DNA from: an uncultured Prevotella sp.
GTDB lineage: Bacteria > Actinomycetota > Coriobacteriia > Coriobacteriales > Eggerthellaceae
Assembly: GCA_963598325.1 (NCBI GenBank)
Contig: CAVBST010000005.1
Location: 10,121 to 74,120, forward strand
Length of the DNA stretch: 64,000 nucleotides
Reading direction: 5' to 3'
The position numbers and the translations under genes were made by a program. The notes beneath the pieces were generated by a model. It made no database searches. It saw only the letters and a list, made by a program, of their open reading frames with translations, and was not told the DNA's origin. Below are positions 9,456-19,068 of this stretch, piece after piece (position 1 is the stretch's first letter; the number at the start of each line of letters is the position of its first letter).

Positions 9456-10511
9456 CTAAGAGGGATTGGCAACAGGGGAAAGCGCCTGGTCTTCGGGAAG
9501 ACCGCAGACGATGTTCGCGCACTGAACCGCCTGGCCTGCCGCGCCCTTCACGATGTTGTCGATGGCGCAGGTGGCGATAACCGAACCGGTGGTGGCGTTG
9601 TAGGCGACGCCCACATGAGCGCGGTTCGTTCCCACTACCGAAGAGGTTTTGGGCTGCTGACCCAAGGGCAGCACGGTAACGAACGGCGAATTCGCGTAGG
9701 CGTCGCAGTATCGTCGATGAATCGACTCGGCCGTGGCGCTGCGTCGCGCCTCGGCAGAGAGCTGCATGGTTACCGTGGAAAGCAGGCCGCGCGTTGCAGG
9801 GGCCAAGTGGGGCGTGAACACCAAACGGCCCGGGATGCCCAGGATCTGCTCGATTTCAGGGGTGTGCCTGTGGTTGGTAACGCCGTAAGCCTCGAAGTTC
9901 TCGTTCGCGGAAACGTAGTGGGTGCGTGCAGTTGCGCTGCGGCCAGCACCAGAAACGCCGGAAATGGCATCGGCAACCACTACGCCTTCGGAAAGCTCGA
10001 TGGCAGGAGCGGCGGCAAGAGAGGTGGCCGTTGGGTAGCAGCCCGCACAGGCAACCAGCACGGATTCGCCGTTCGCGTGGCGCGCGGCGGCATCGTTGAG
10101 CTGGGCGCGGTTCAGTTCGGGCTGGCCGAAAGCAGCCTTCGCCAGAAGCTCGGGGCTGGTGTGCTCTACCTTGTACCACTTCTCGTAGGTTTCCTGGCTG
10201 CGCAGGCGATAGTCGGCAGAGAGGTCTACCACGGTAACGCCCGATTCAAGCAGGCCAGGAGCCGATTTCATGGCAACCGTATGGGGCGTTGCCAAGAACA
10301 CCACGTCGCAATCGAACAGCGCTGGGTTGTCGTGCCGGGAAAACACCAGGTCGGTAATGCCCGTGAAAGCCGGGTACACCTGGGAAAGGGCCACGCCTTC
10401 GTCTGAATTGGAGGTGATGACGGAAAGCTCGAATGAAGGATGTCGCAGCAAGATGCGTACCAGTTCTGCTCCCGCATACCCGGCTGCGCCTACGATACCC
10501 GCCTTCAACAT
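9456..10511 (-). CDS. argC: N-acetyl-gamma-glutamyl-phosphate reductase
   Basis: ArgC family with an N-terminal Rossmann motif (GIVGAAGYAGAEL). First gene of the arg cluster. Confidence 0.92.
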   Translation of the reverse strand: MLKAGIVGAAGYAGAELVRILLRHPSFELSVITSNSDEGVALSQVYPAFTGITDLVFSRHDNPALFDCDVVFLATPHTVAMKSAPGLLESGVTVVDLSADYRLRSQETYEKWYKVEHTSPELLAKAAFGQPELNRAQLNDAAARHANGESVLVACAGCYPTATSLAAAPAIELSEGVVVADAISGVSGAGRSATARTHYVSANENFEAYGVTNHRHTPEIEQILGIPGRLVFTPHLAPATRGLLSTVTMQLSAEARRSATAESIHRRYCDAYANSPFVTVLPLGQQPKTSSVVGTNRAHVGVAYNATTGSVIATCAIDNIVKGAAGQAVQCANIVCGLPEDQALSPVANPS

Positions 10512-10751
10512 CTGCTGAGCCTTCTTCCGTCTAATCGCCCAACGCGGAGCCCCGCGCGGGTTCTTTTAATGAGTGTTCCTGTTCTACAGGTTTTCTTAGG
10601 GTACTCCATTTCGCCTGATTGTTTAACCCGTATCCACGCATTCAACAAGTGCGATGGGCCAAACGCGTCAGACAGAACCCGCAGGCATCCGTCCGCGGCG
10701 GGCAGGAAACCGCACACCCATCCGCGCCAAGGGGCTTTCGTTCAACGCGTT

Positions 10752-10918
10752 CCGTCCGCGCCGCGGGCTGGGGCACCAGCCCTTCGGGGGTTCCCGCTAC
10801 CCTGCTCGCTTCGCTCGTGCGGTCGCTGCTTCATGCATTAGAAGTTGGTTCGCTTCGCGAACCGTTCAGGATGTGATTTCAGAGAACCCCTCAGGGCGAT
10901 GCCCCAGCCCACGTCGCT
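10752..10918. repeat. Structured intergenic repeat, family A, copy 1
   Basis: 167 bp that by eye are nearly identical to 20115-20281, in the same orientation. Contains the hairpin GGTTCGC-ttc-GCGAACC. Weaker similarity continues for about 40 bp further. Confidence 0.85.
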
Positions 10919-11222
10919 ACTCGGCCATGTCTCGGCAGCGCCGGGCGGGGTCTGCGCGGCGAGGAGCCCTTCCGGAGCGCGGCTTCCGAGCGCTCGCCTT
11001 CAAAGGCGGCGCCCCCGGTACTTGATCGTGGATCTCGGGATGCAGCGAACCATGCGTCAAGCCATTTTTCCGCGCCGCCCCTTCACGAGCGTTCGGAAGC
11101 CGAAACAAGCGCAGGGGGCGCCGAGGCGAGTAGGCACCGACCGGAGCGGATAGGTTGAGCTAGGCATAACGGCACCGGGCCAGCTCATTCCGGCGGCCCT
11201 TTCGCCTGCCGGGAATTCCGCC

Positions 11223-12158
11223 TTATTTGTTCACGTATTCGCGGATGTAGCGCTCGATGCCCGTGACGCAGGCCACCAGCGTTTCGTTTACCGGCGTGGG
11301 CACGCCGTACTTCTTGCCCTGCGCAACCACCGCGCCGTTGATAACGCCCACCTCGGTGGGGCGGTGCTTTTCCAGGCTCTGCAGGATGGAGGGCTTGAAG
11401 CTCTTCGGCAGGCCGGCGCGGGCCAGCTCCAGCGTGTCCATGGGGTTTTCGTAGGTAAGCTTCACGCCGGCTGCATGGGCAACCTCGATACCTTCCTGAA
11501 CAGCGGCAACAGCGGTTGCCACCAGCTTTTCCTCTTCGTACATGTCGCCGTAGGGCAAGTGCGTGATGCCGCATACGGCACCCGTGGCAACGTTCACCAA
11601 CAGCTTGTCCCAGATAACGCCCATGATGTTGTCGGAAACGATGCAGTGCATGCCCGCATCGTCGAAGGCCTTGCCGATGGCACGCGTACGGTCGGTCACG
11701 CTGCCGTCCAACTCGCCGATGAAGGTGTCCTTGCCGGGAATGGTCGCCTGCACGCGGCCCGGCTCAAGCAGCATGCCGCCGATATAGGTCTTGCCGCCGA
11801 TAACATGCTCGGCACCCACGCATTCGCACAGCACATCCTCAGCACCCAGCCCGTTCTGCAGGGACATCACCGTGGTGCCGGGGCCCACAAGTTCCTTGCC
11901 TTCTTCCATGGTCTGTGCGGTATCGAATGCCTTGCACAGCACGATAACCAAGTCGCACACGCCAATCCCCTCAGGCGTGGTATGGCAGATTGGATGTACC
12001 GTCTGGTCACCCGTGGGCGTAACCATAACCAGCCCGTTCTTGTTCACCGCATCCATGTGGGGTGCACGCCCCACGAAATGAACCTCGTTGCCCGCCTTGG
12101 CAAGCGCGCCGCCGATGGTGCTGCCCAGCGAACCGGTTCCCAAAATGCATACCTTCAT
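11223..12158 (-). CDS. 2-dehydropantoate 2-reductase family (ApbA/PanE-like) oxidoreductase
   Basis: N-terminal GxGxxG (ILGTGSLGS) and the C-terminal KPR signature region (KPSILQSLEKHRPTEV). Confidence 0.8.
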   Translation of the reverse strand: MKVCILGTGSLGSTIGGALAKAGNEVHFVGRAPHMDAVNKNGLVMVTPTGDQTVHPICHTTPEGIGVCDLVIVLCKAFDTAQTMEEGKELVGPGTTVMSLQNGLGAEDVLCECVGAEHVIGGKTYIGGMLLEPGRVQATIPGKDTFIGELDGSVTDRTRAIGKAFDDAGMHCIVSDNIMGVIWDKLLVNVATGAVCGITHLPYGDMYEEEKLVATAVAAVQEGIEVAHAAGVKLTYENPMDTLELARAGLPKSFKPSILQSLEKHRPTEVGVINGAVVAQGKKYGVPTPVNETLVACVTGIERYIREYVNK

Positions 12159-12237
12159 GGTGCTCCCTCCTTGCCCCGGCCTATCGGGGCGCGCCCGACC
12201 CGCAAAAAACGCTTGCTCAGCCGGGAAACCTGCCCGA

Positions 12238-12585
12238 TTACTCCCGGGCGTTTACTTCGATCACGATTCCGCAAGGCACCACGAACCAGTTCCTGGGCTT
12301 GCCTTCGGCCTGCTGCACCCCTTCTGCGGCATACACCTTCGCAAGCAGTGCCTCGACATCGTCTGCAACCAGGCCGATATGCGTCATATCACCCTGGTAA
12401 GGGCCTGCACCCTGATCGTCACGCTGCAGCTGGATGCCGCCTACCCACGCCTGGGCAAGCGGTTCTTGCCCATCGGCCGGATCGGTAAGCGTCACTTCCA
12501 TCCCCATTACATCGGTGAAGAACGCAAGCGCTTCGTCGAAGTTGCGCACCTTCACCGCCACATGATCTACCTGCGGTGTTCCCAT
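12238..12585 (-). CDS. VOC / glyoxalase-bleomycin resistance family protein
   Basis: 115 aa. VDHVAVKVRNFDEALAFFTDVMGMEV is a typical VOC fold start. Confidence 0.75.
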   Translation of the reverse strand: MGTPQVDHVAVKVRNFDEALAFFTDVMGMEVTLTDPADGQEPLAQAWVGGIQLQRDDQGAGPYQGDMTHIGLVADDVEALLAKVYAAEGVQQAEGKPRNWFVVPCGIVIEVNARE

Positions 12586-12699
12586 TTTCGATCCCCTTCT
12601 ACACTATCGGCCGCATCGGCCTTGCTCCCCACTGAACCGACGCCACAGGCTCTTCACAGGCCCCGCCCGTATGGCCTCTGCCACGCCAGTTCTTCTTCG

Positions 12700-13131
12700 C
12701 TATTGTTCCACTTCGAAGAACTTCAAGATATGCGTGGCAACGCACACCACCGTGCCGTCTTGGTTGGTAACCACCACATCGGCAAACGTTTTCATGGCAT
12801 CCTGGTCCACTTCCTTAACAGTGTACGTGGCGGTAAGCGTATCGCCGAAATACACGGGTGCCGTGAAGCGCAAATGGTCGTAGCCATAGGAAGCGCTCGG
12901 GATGGGCGAGGCGTACTTTTGCTGAATAAGCGTGGAAGCCGTGCTGCCAAAGGCGAAGGTGAGCACCCCGTGCACGATGCGCGTGCCGTACTTGGTGGTT
13001 TTCATGAACGCCTCGTTCAGGTGCATCTGGCTGAAATCGCCCGTGATGCCCGCAAACTGGTACACATCCGATTCGCTCACCGTTTTGGTGAAGGTGCAGC
13101 TGTTGCCAACTTCCAAAGGCAGCTTCGTCAT
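12700..13131 (-). CDS. MaoC-like (R)-hydratase / hotdog-fold dehydratase
   Basis: Hotdog motif (FAGITGDFSQMHLNE...HGVLT). Start reset to the ATG at 13131, which is preceded by GGGGAGAGGGAA. Confidence 0.8.
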   Translation of the reverse strand: MTKLPLEVGNSCTFTKTVSESDVYQFAGITGDFSQMHLNEAFMKTTKYGTRIVHGVLTFAFGSTASTLIQQKYASPIPSASYGYDHLRFTAPVYFGDTLTATYTVKEVDQDAMKTFADVVVTNQDGTVVCVATHILKFFEVEQ

Positions 13132-13355
13132 TTCCCTCTCCCCTTTCATGCGGCTGCGCCGCGGTTGTTCCCCTTCGGGGCCTTCGCCCCGCAAATCAAA
13201 GGTATCCCAAGATCTTTCTGGCGTCTGCCGCAAAGAATCGATGGGAGATGGGCTAATATATGAAGCAGATTCATGGTTTTCCGTGCAATACGTTCATCGG
13301 ACGAAGCACCTGATGAACGGGGCATTCGATGCGGGGAACCTGCAAGGAGGGGGCT

Positions 13356-14285
13356 ATGAACCTTGCGCAGCTAACCTATTTCTGCCATTTGGCCAAAACC
13401 GAGCATTACACGCGCTCGGCCGAGAGCCTGCATGTTTCGCAGTCCGCCCTTTCGCACTCCATTTCCTCGCTGGAACGCGAGCTGGGCTGCTCGCTGTTTC
13501 GCAAGGTGGGCCGCAACGTACAGCTCACCGATGATGGCAGGGTGTTCTTCGGATACGTTTCGGAAGGGCTTGCCAGCATCGACCGCGGCGTGGCCGAGAT
13601 AGACCGCCGCCACGGCAGCCTTTCCGGTTCCATCAACGTGGGGGCAATAGCCACGGTGCGCTCCCATTACCTGCCCGCCGCCATGCAGCAGTTCCGCAGC
13701 GCCTTCGGCAACAGAACCGAGTTCCATGTGCTGCAGGGCGAAACGGCGCCGCTGAACGAAAAGCTCGAGCAGGGCATCTGCGACCTGGTGCTGGCGGGGC
13801 CGGTTCACAAACCGGGAATAGCCTGCACCACCCTGTTCTACCAGCGGCTGGTGGTTGCCGTGCATCGCGAGCACCCGCTTGCCGCGCTGAGCAGCGTGCG
13901 CTACGAGAACCTGGTGGGGCATACGGTTATCACCTACCGCCGCGGCATCACCTGCGGCGAAGTGCTGGAAGCCTTCCTGCAGAACACCAACGCGCCGCTG
14001 GCCAAACTCAGGCTGGTGCGCAACTACGAAGACGAGGTTATCCTGGGCGCGCTGGCCGTTCACGAATCAAGCGTGGCGCTTACCATGCTCACGTCGAACC
14101 TGCCGCCCGACCCGGATATGGTTATCTTGCCGCTCGATGTTCCCGGGGCGAAGGAGTTCTACCCTATCTCGCTCACGCGGCGCGAAGGGGCAAGCCCCAA
14201 CCCGGCAACCCAGGCGTTCATCGACTTCCTGCTTGCGTTCAAGGCGCCAGCCTACGAGCGCAGCGACTTCGCCGACAGCGATTAG
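13356..14285 (+). CDS. LysR-family transcriptional regulator
   Basis: MNLAQLTYFCHLAKTEHYTRSAESLHVSQSALSHSISSLERELG is a Lys[17 protein letters not shown]. Divergent from the MaoC operon. Confidence 0.9.
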   Translation: MNLAQLTYFCHLAKTEHYTRSAESLHVSQSALSHSISSLERELGCSLFRKVGRNVQLTDDGRVFFGYVSEGLASIDRGVAEIDRRHGSLSGSINVGAIATVRSHYLPAAMQQFRSAFGNRTEFHVLQGETAPLNEKLEQGICDLVLAGPVHKPGIACTTLFYQRLVVAVHREHPLAALSSVRYENLVGHTVITYRRGITCGEVLEAFLQNTNAPLAKLRLVRNYEDEVILGALAVHESSVALTMLTSNLPPDPDMVILPLDVPGAKEFYPISLTRREGASPNPATQAFIDFLLAFKAPAYERSDFADSD

Positions 14286-14415
14286 GGGCCGCCACCGCAC
14301 AAGCCCGCGCGCCACTGCGCACAGGGCATCGCGGGGCTCGCGCGATCAAACCGCCAATGCCGCCGCTGCCCGCCGACCAACCAACCGTCACGATCCAATC
14401 AAAGGGGAGATTGCC

Positions 14416-15360
14416 GTGAACCTTTCACAGCTGTACTACTTCAGGAAGCTTGCCCAAGTGGGCTACTTCAACCGCGCCGCAAAAGAGCTGTTCATCACGC
14501 AGCCGGCGCTTTCCACTTCCATTTCCAGCTTGGAAAAGGAGCTGGGCGTAACGCTGTTCGAGCGCAGCAAGAACGGCGTGCACCTTACCGAAGACGGCGA
14601 GGAGTTCAACCGCCACATCGCCGTGGCCTTATCCGAGGTGGACCGCGCCGTAACCGCCATGACCGACCGCGCCGAGCACAAGAGCACCGTGCGCATTGCC
14701 ACCACCGAATCGGTGCAGCGCAACCAGCTGCCCCAGCTCTTGAACGCCTTCCGCCAGGCCTACGATGCGCCGGTGGAGTTCGACATCGCGGTTACCAACA
14801 CGCAGGAATCGCTTACCGGCCTGCGCGAGCGCGCCTTCGACGTGGCGTTCTGCACCTACGTGCCCGATCTGCCCGACATGGAAACCGTGCAGTTCACCAC
14901 GCAGAATATCGTTGCCGCCATGAACCTGGGCAACCCCCTGGCCTGCAAGGACGAGGTATCGCTTGAAGATTTGAGCGCGCACCAAGAGAACCTTATCTCG
15001 TACAACCAGGCTAGCTCGCAGTTCACGTTCCGCATCTTCGACGGGCTTCTTTCCGACCACGGCCTTTCGTTCAGGCAACGCTTCTCGAACGAGATCGGCG
15101 CCATGTCGCTGCTGCTTTCCGACGAGCGCTCCATCGCCTTGATGCTCGACGTGGTGGAAGACATCCCCTTCCCGGGCACGAAAACGCTGCCCATCAAGGA
15201 ATTCGAGGGGAAGTTCCACCTGGTGTCGATGACCTACCGCAAAACAGCGGCGCTCGACCAAACCACACGCGCCTTCGTTCGCTTCGCCTGCGAGCAGTTG
15301 GGCGACCGCGACTTCGGCGTGCCCATCGAGGAAACCTACCTGAAGGGGCAAGTGGGCTAA
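14416..15360 (+). CDS. LysR-family transcriptional regulator (second, tandem copy)
   Basis: GTG start after AAAGGGGAG. VNLSQLYYFRKLAQVGYFNRAAKELFITQPALSTSISSLEKELG. The track ORF is over-extended at its N-terminus. Confidence 0.88.
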   Translation: MNLSQLYYFRKLAQVGYFNRAAKELFITQPALSTSISSLEKELGVTLFERSKNGVHLTEDGEEFNRHIAVALSEVDRAVTAMTDRAEHKSTVRIATTESVQRNQLPQLLNAFRQAYDAPVEFDIAVTNTQESLTGLRERAFDVAFCTYVPDLPDMETVQFTTQNIVAAMNLGNPLACKDEVSLEDLSAHQENLISYNQASSQFTFRIFDGLLSDHGLSFRQRFSNEIGAMSLLLSDERSIALMLDVVEDIPFPGTKTLPIKEFEGKFHLVSMTYRKTAALDQTTRAFVRFACEQLGDRDFGVPIEETYLKGQVG

Positions 15361-15506
15361 GGCCGGGTGATGCCGATCGGGGCCACCTGTACCGCGCATT
15401 CGCGGCGAGGGCAAGAGCCGAGCGCGCCGCCGATAAGGGCAACAAGGCTTGAACCCGCCCGCATGCCGCCGCGCGCGGACAGGATCGGCGAAACCGGCTC
15501 TGCTTC

Positions 15507-16136
15507 CTAGGCTAGGGTACGCCCATCAAGCACCAGCAGAACCACCAGCAGCAGGGTAATCCCCACCGCGATGGCCAAGGTGGCCACCCGGTTCTTCGTG
15601 CTTTTCTGGATGCAGAACGTCATCACGAAAACGGACGCGAAGCACACCAATGCGCTGATCAGATGGAACGGCGGGGTCTGAACCGCCTTCATGGTGTACG
15701 ACACGCCCAAGACAAGCTGAAGCGTGCAGCCCAGGCCCAAAACGATGGGGCCAAGCGCATTCTGCTTCTGGATGAAGTAGGCAACGAAGCCGCCGGGCAG
15801 GGTAAACAGCGTTGCCGGCCCCCAGATGGTGGAATAGTAATACCAGGCCATATCGACGCCAAGGTGGCCGCACAACACCTCCACAGCATAGACGAGCGGC
15901 TGGCTAACAAGGAAGAACACGAAGGTCTTCAGCGCCGATTCCCAGCCCTTCTTGCAGTTGCTGGCAATGATGAAGGCGAAGATGACCCACCATTCGTAGC
16001 TGATGGCGATGTCCCTGAACGAGGTGCCCTCGGTTGCAGGGATAGACCCCAGGATGCCGGTGACCAAGCCTGCGCCGATGGCGAACAGGATTACCCCAGG
16101 CCAGCCCATCTTAAGGCCGCCGAACAGTTTACTCAT
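15507..16136 (-). CDS. Multi-pass integral membrane protein, unknown function
   Basis: About 6 hydrophobic helices and no recognisable motif. Start chosen at the ATG at 16136 after AAAGGA. Confidence 0.55.
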   Translation of the reverse strand: MSKLFGGLKMGWPGVILFAIGAGLVTGILGSIPATEGTSFRDIAISYEWWVIFAFIIASNCKKGWESALKTFVFFLVSQPLVYAVEVLCGHLGVDMAWYYYSTIWGPATLFTLPGGFVAYFIQKQNALGPIVLGLGCTLQLVLGVSYTMKAVQTPPFHLISALVCFASVFVMTFCIQKSTKNRVATLAIAVGITLLLVVLLVLDGRTLA

Positions 16137-16217
16137 GCAAGATCCTTTCATCGCGCAGCTGCACCGTGCGCAACGCGTTTTCTTCCGTTTACTCGCCTGC
16201 CAACAGGCCTTGCCAAC

Positions 16218-18134
16218 CTACGCCTGCAGCTGGCCAACTTCGTCTATCCATGCCCGAGCGCAGGCATCCGACGGCATGCGCAAATCGCCACGAGGAGAAA
16301 CCGCAACGCTGCCCACCTTCGGGCCGTCGGGCAGGCAGGAGCGCTTGAACTGCTGGGCGAAGAAACGCCAGTAGAACGTACGCAGCCACTTCAGGATAGT
16401 GGCATCGTCGTAGCGCCCGGCGAAGGCGATCTTCGCCATTCGGTATATCTTCGCAGGCGGGAAGCCCTGGCGAAGCATCTGATACAGGAAGAAATCGTGT
16501 AGCTCGTAGGGGCCAACCAGGTCTTCCGTTTTCTGCGAGATGGCGCCGTCTTCTGGCGGAAGCAACTCGGGGCTTACCGGCGTGTCCAGCACATCGGCCA
16601 GCACCGCCGAAAGCCCTGCGTCGTTGCATGTATCGGCATAATGGCGCACCAAGTGGCGCACCAGCGTTTTGGGAACGGAAGCGTTAACCGCGTACATGGA
16701 CATGTGGTCGCCGTTGTAGGTAGCCCAACCAAGCGCTAGCTCGGAAAGGTCACCCGTGCCGATGACCAGGCCGTTTACCTGATTCGCCACGTCCATCAAT
16801 ATCTGCGTGCGCTCGCGCGCCTGGCTGTTCTCGTAGGTAACATCGTGCACGTTTGCATCGTGGCCGATGTCAGAGAAATGCTGCGTTACCGCCGGGCCGA
16901 TGGGAACCTCGCGCAGCGTTGCCCCCAGCGAGCGGATCATGGCCAAGGCGTTGTTGTACGTGCGGTCGGTAGTGCCGAAGCCCGGCATGGTTATGGCAAC
17001 GATGCCCGTGCGCGGCAGGCCCAGCATGTCGAACGCGCGGGCGGTTACCAGCAGCGCCAAGGTGGAGTCCAAGCCGCCGGAAATGCCCACAACCGCAGAT
17101 TGCGCATGGGTATGGGCAAGGCGCTTCTTCAGGCCCAATGCCTGGATGGAAAGGATCTCTTCGCAACGGTGCGCCAACTGGGAAGGGTCGGCGGGAACGA
17201 ACGGATCGGCGTCGATGCGGCGCGTGATGGGAGCTTCCTCCCTGCTCAGGGCAAACGGGACGGTGCGGTATCCCTGCGTATCGGCTGCGGGAAACGTGCT
17301 CATACGGCGGCGCTCGGCGGCAAGGCGTGCAACGTCTACCTGCGTCACATTCACCTCGTTGGCAAAGGTGCGCGATTCGGCAAGCACCGTGCCGTTTTCA
17401 GCGATAAGGTTCTGGCCGCCGAACACCAAGTCGGTGGTGGATTCGCCTTCGCCTGCCGTGGCGTACAGGTACGCGCACACCAACCGCGCCGACTGGCCGG
17501 AAACCAAGCTGCGGCGGTAGCTGCTCTTCCCCACCATCTCATCGCTGGCGGAAAGGTTGCACAGCACCGTGGCGCCCGCAAGCGCATGGCGCGTGCTGGG
17601 CGGGTTGGGAACCCACAGGTCTTCGCAGATCTCGGCGGCAACAACCAGGTCGGGCATGCTCTCGCAGGCAAACAGCAAGTCGGTTCCCACCGGGACTTCT
17701 TCGCCACCGAAAACCTTGCAGCCCATATCGCCAGCGCCAGCCGTGAAGTGGCGCGTTTCGTAGAACTCGTTGTAAGCGGGCAGGTTCACCTTAGGGACGA
17801 AGCCCAGCACGTTGCCATGGGAAAGCGCAGCGGCAACGTTCAAAAGCTTGCCCGCGTGGCGCAGCGGCAGCCCAACGAAGATAAGCGCATCCACCGCAGC
17901 CGTTTCAGCGGCAATCTGCGCAAGGGCTTCCTGTGCCTCATCGAGCAGCTTCGCCTGCCAGAACAGGTCGCTGCAGGTGTAGGCGGTAATGCACAGCTCG
18001 GGCAGAACCATGACCTTGGCGTGGGCCGCTTCCATCTTGCGGATGCAGGCAACGATCTCCTGCGCGTTTGCCTTGCAGTCGGCAACCGTCACCTGCGGGG
18101 TGGCGGTTGCCACCGTTACGAATCCGTCCCTCAT
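16218..18134 (-). CDS. nadE: Glutamine-dependent NAD+ synthetase (CN-hydrolase domain plus NAD synthetase domain)
   Basis: N-terminal nitrilase-like domain and the P-loop SGGLDSTLALLV. Start at the ATG at 18134 after AAGGAG. Confidence 0.9.
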   Translation of the reverse strand: MRDGFVTVATATPQVTVADCKANAQEIVACIRKMEAAHAKVMVLPELCITAYTCSDLFWQAKLLDEAQEALAQIAAETAAVDALIFVGLPLRHAGKLLNVAAALSHGNVLGFVPKVNLPAYNEFYETRHFTAGAGDMGCKVFGGEEVPVGTDLLFACESMPDLVVAAEICEDLWVPNPPSTRHALAGATVLCNLSASDEMVGKSSYRRSLVSGQSARLVCAYLYATAGEGESTTDLVFGGQNLIAENGTVLAESRTFANEVNVTQVDVARLAAERRRMSTFPAADTQGYRTVPFALSREEAPITRRIDADPFVPADPSQLAHRCEEILSIQALGLKKRLAHTHAQSAVVGISGGLDSTLALLVTARAFDMLGLPRTGIVAITMPGFGTTDRTYNNALAMIRSLGATLREVPIGPAVTQHFSDIGHDANVHDVTYENSQARERTQILMDVANQVNGLVIGTGDLSELALGWATYNGDHMSMYAVNASVPKTLVRHLVRHYADTCNDAGLSAVLADVLDTPVSPELLPPEDGAISQKTEDLVGPYELHDFFLYQMLRQGFPPAKIYRMAKIAFAGRYDDATILKWLRTFYWRFFAQQFKRSCLPDGPKVGSVAVSPRGDLRMPSDACARAWIDEVGQLQA

Positions 18135-18216
18135 GCCCGCTCCTTGCGCTCGCAAAATCGTTTCTCCCGATTATATGACAGCACCGCCCGCAGGCTGGTC
18201 CAAGCGTCCCCGTACG

Positions 18217-18248
18217 CAAAAACAGCCGAGGGCAGTTGCCCCCGGCTG
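18217..18248 (-). terminator. Rho-independent terminator after the nitroreductase gene
   Basis: Minus-strand CAGCCGGGGGC-aact-GCCCTCGGCTG followed by TTTTTG. Confidence 0.6.
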
Positions 18249-18284
18249 CTGCAAGAATCTCCGTTCTCTAGCGCGGCTTATCCC

Positions 18285-18869
18285 TTAGCGGATCTCGTAG
18301 CGACCGGGCTTCTTCTTGATGGGACGCGCTTCCATAGCCGGGTATCCCAGCACAATGGCGCCGATAAGCTTGCCCCGCTCCGGCGCAAAGTGGCTGCGCA
18401 GCGCATTGCCGGAGCGTACCACCGCTTCCACCCAACACGAGCCGATGCCCTTGTCGTAGGCAGCAAGTACCATGTTCTCCATGGCGGCCGAAACACTCTC
18501 TACGCAGCTGGGCAGAATATCGTCAGAGTAGTCGGGTTTGTTCAGAAACGCCAAGATGATGGTGGAAGCACCGCCCATGGCGCTCATGAACTCCATGGTT
18601 TCCTCTACCACTTCCGGGTGCCCCTTAAAGCGCGCCTCCAGCTCCTTGCGATGCGAAAACGCCGTGGTGCCCATCTCCGAGAACAAGTAGGCCAAATCTT
18701 CCTTCTTGGTAAGCGCCACGAAATACCAAGGCTGCAGGTTCTGCCCCGAAGGCGCGCACAATCCCGCCTGGATGATGTCTTCCAGGTCGTTGCGATCAAC
18801 GGGTTTGTCAGTGAACTTCCTTATGCTGCGCCTGTTCTGGATTACGTCGATGAATTCCATTTCCCTCAT
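18285..18869 (-). CDS. Nitroreductase family protein
   Basis: FIDVIQNRRSIRKFTDKPV and the overall 194-aa NfnB/NfsA-like fold signature. Confidence 0.85.
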   Translation of the reverse strand: MREMEFIDVIQNRRSIRKFTDKPVDRNDLEDIIQAGLCAPSGQNLQPWYFVALTKKEDLAYLFSEMGTTAFSHRKELEARFKGHPEVVEETMEFMSAMGGASTIILAFLNKPDYSDDILPSCVESVSAAMENMVLAAYDKGIGSCWVEAVVRSGNALRSHFAPERGKLIGAIVLGYPAMEARPIKKKPGRYEIR

Positions 18870-19068
18870 TCCTTTCTGCGCTTTTGCGCCCCCATAGAAA
18901 TCCCTCTTTTATCACAACCGCACAGGCCATCCCGCAGGCCCGAACGGATCGGATTCGCGAAGAAAAACGCGGCCGATTCAGCTTCCGCGATCTGCCTAAT
19001 GCCCAGCAACAACCATCCTGGCCCGCCCATCAAACCGCACGGGCATTGAGCATTGCCGCGCCACAGCG

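Noticed and set aside
10512-10660. An ArgR operator (ARG box) upstream of argC.
   Set aside because: Only a partial resemblance (…CACGCATTCAAC…). No paired 18-bp boxes could be found by eye.
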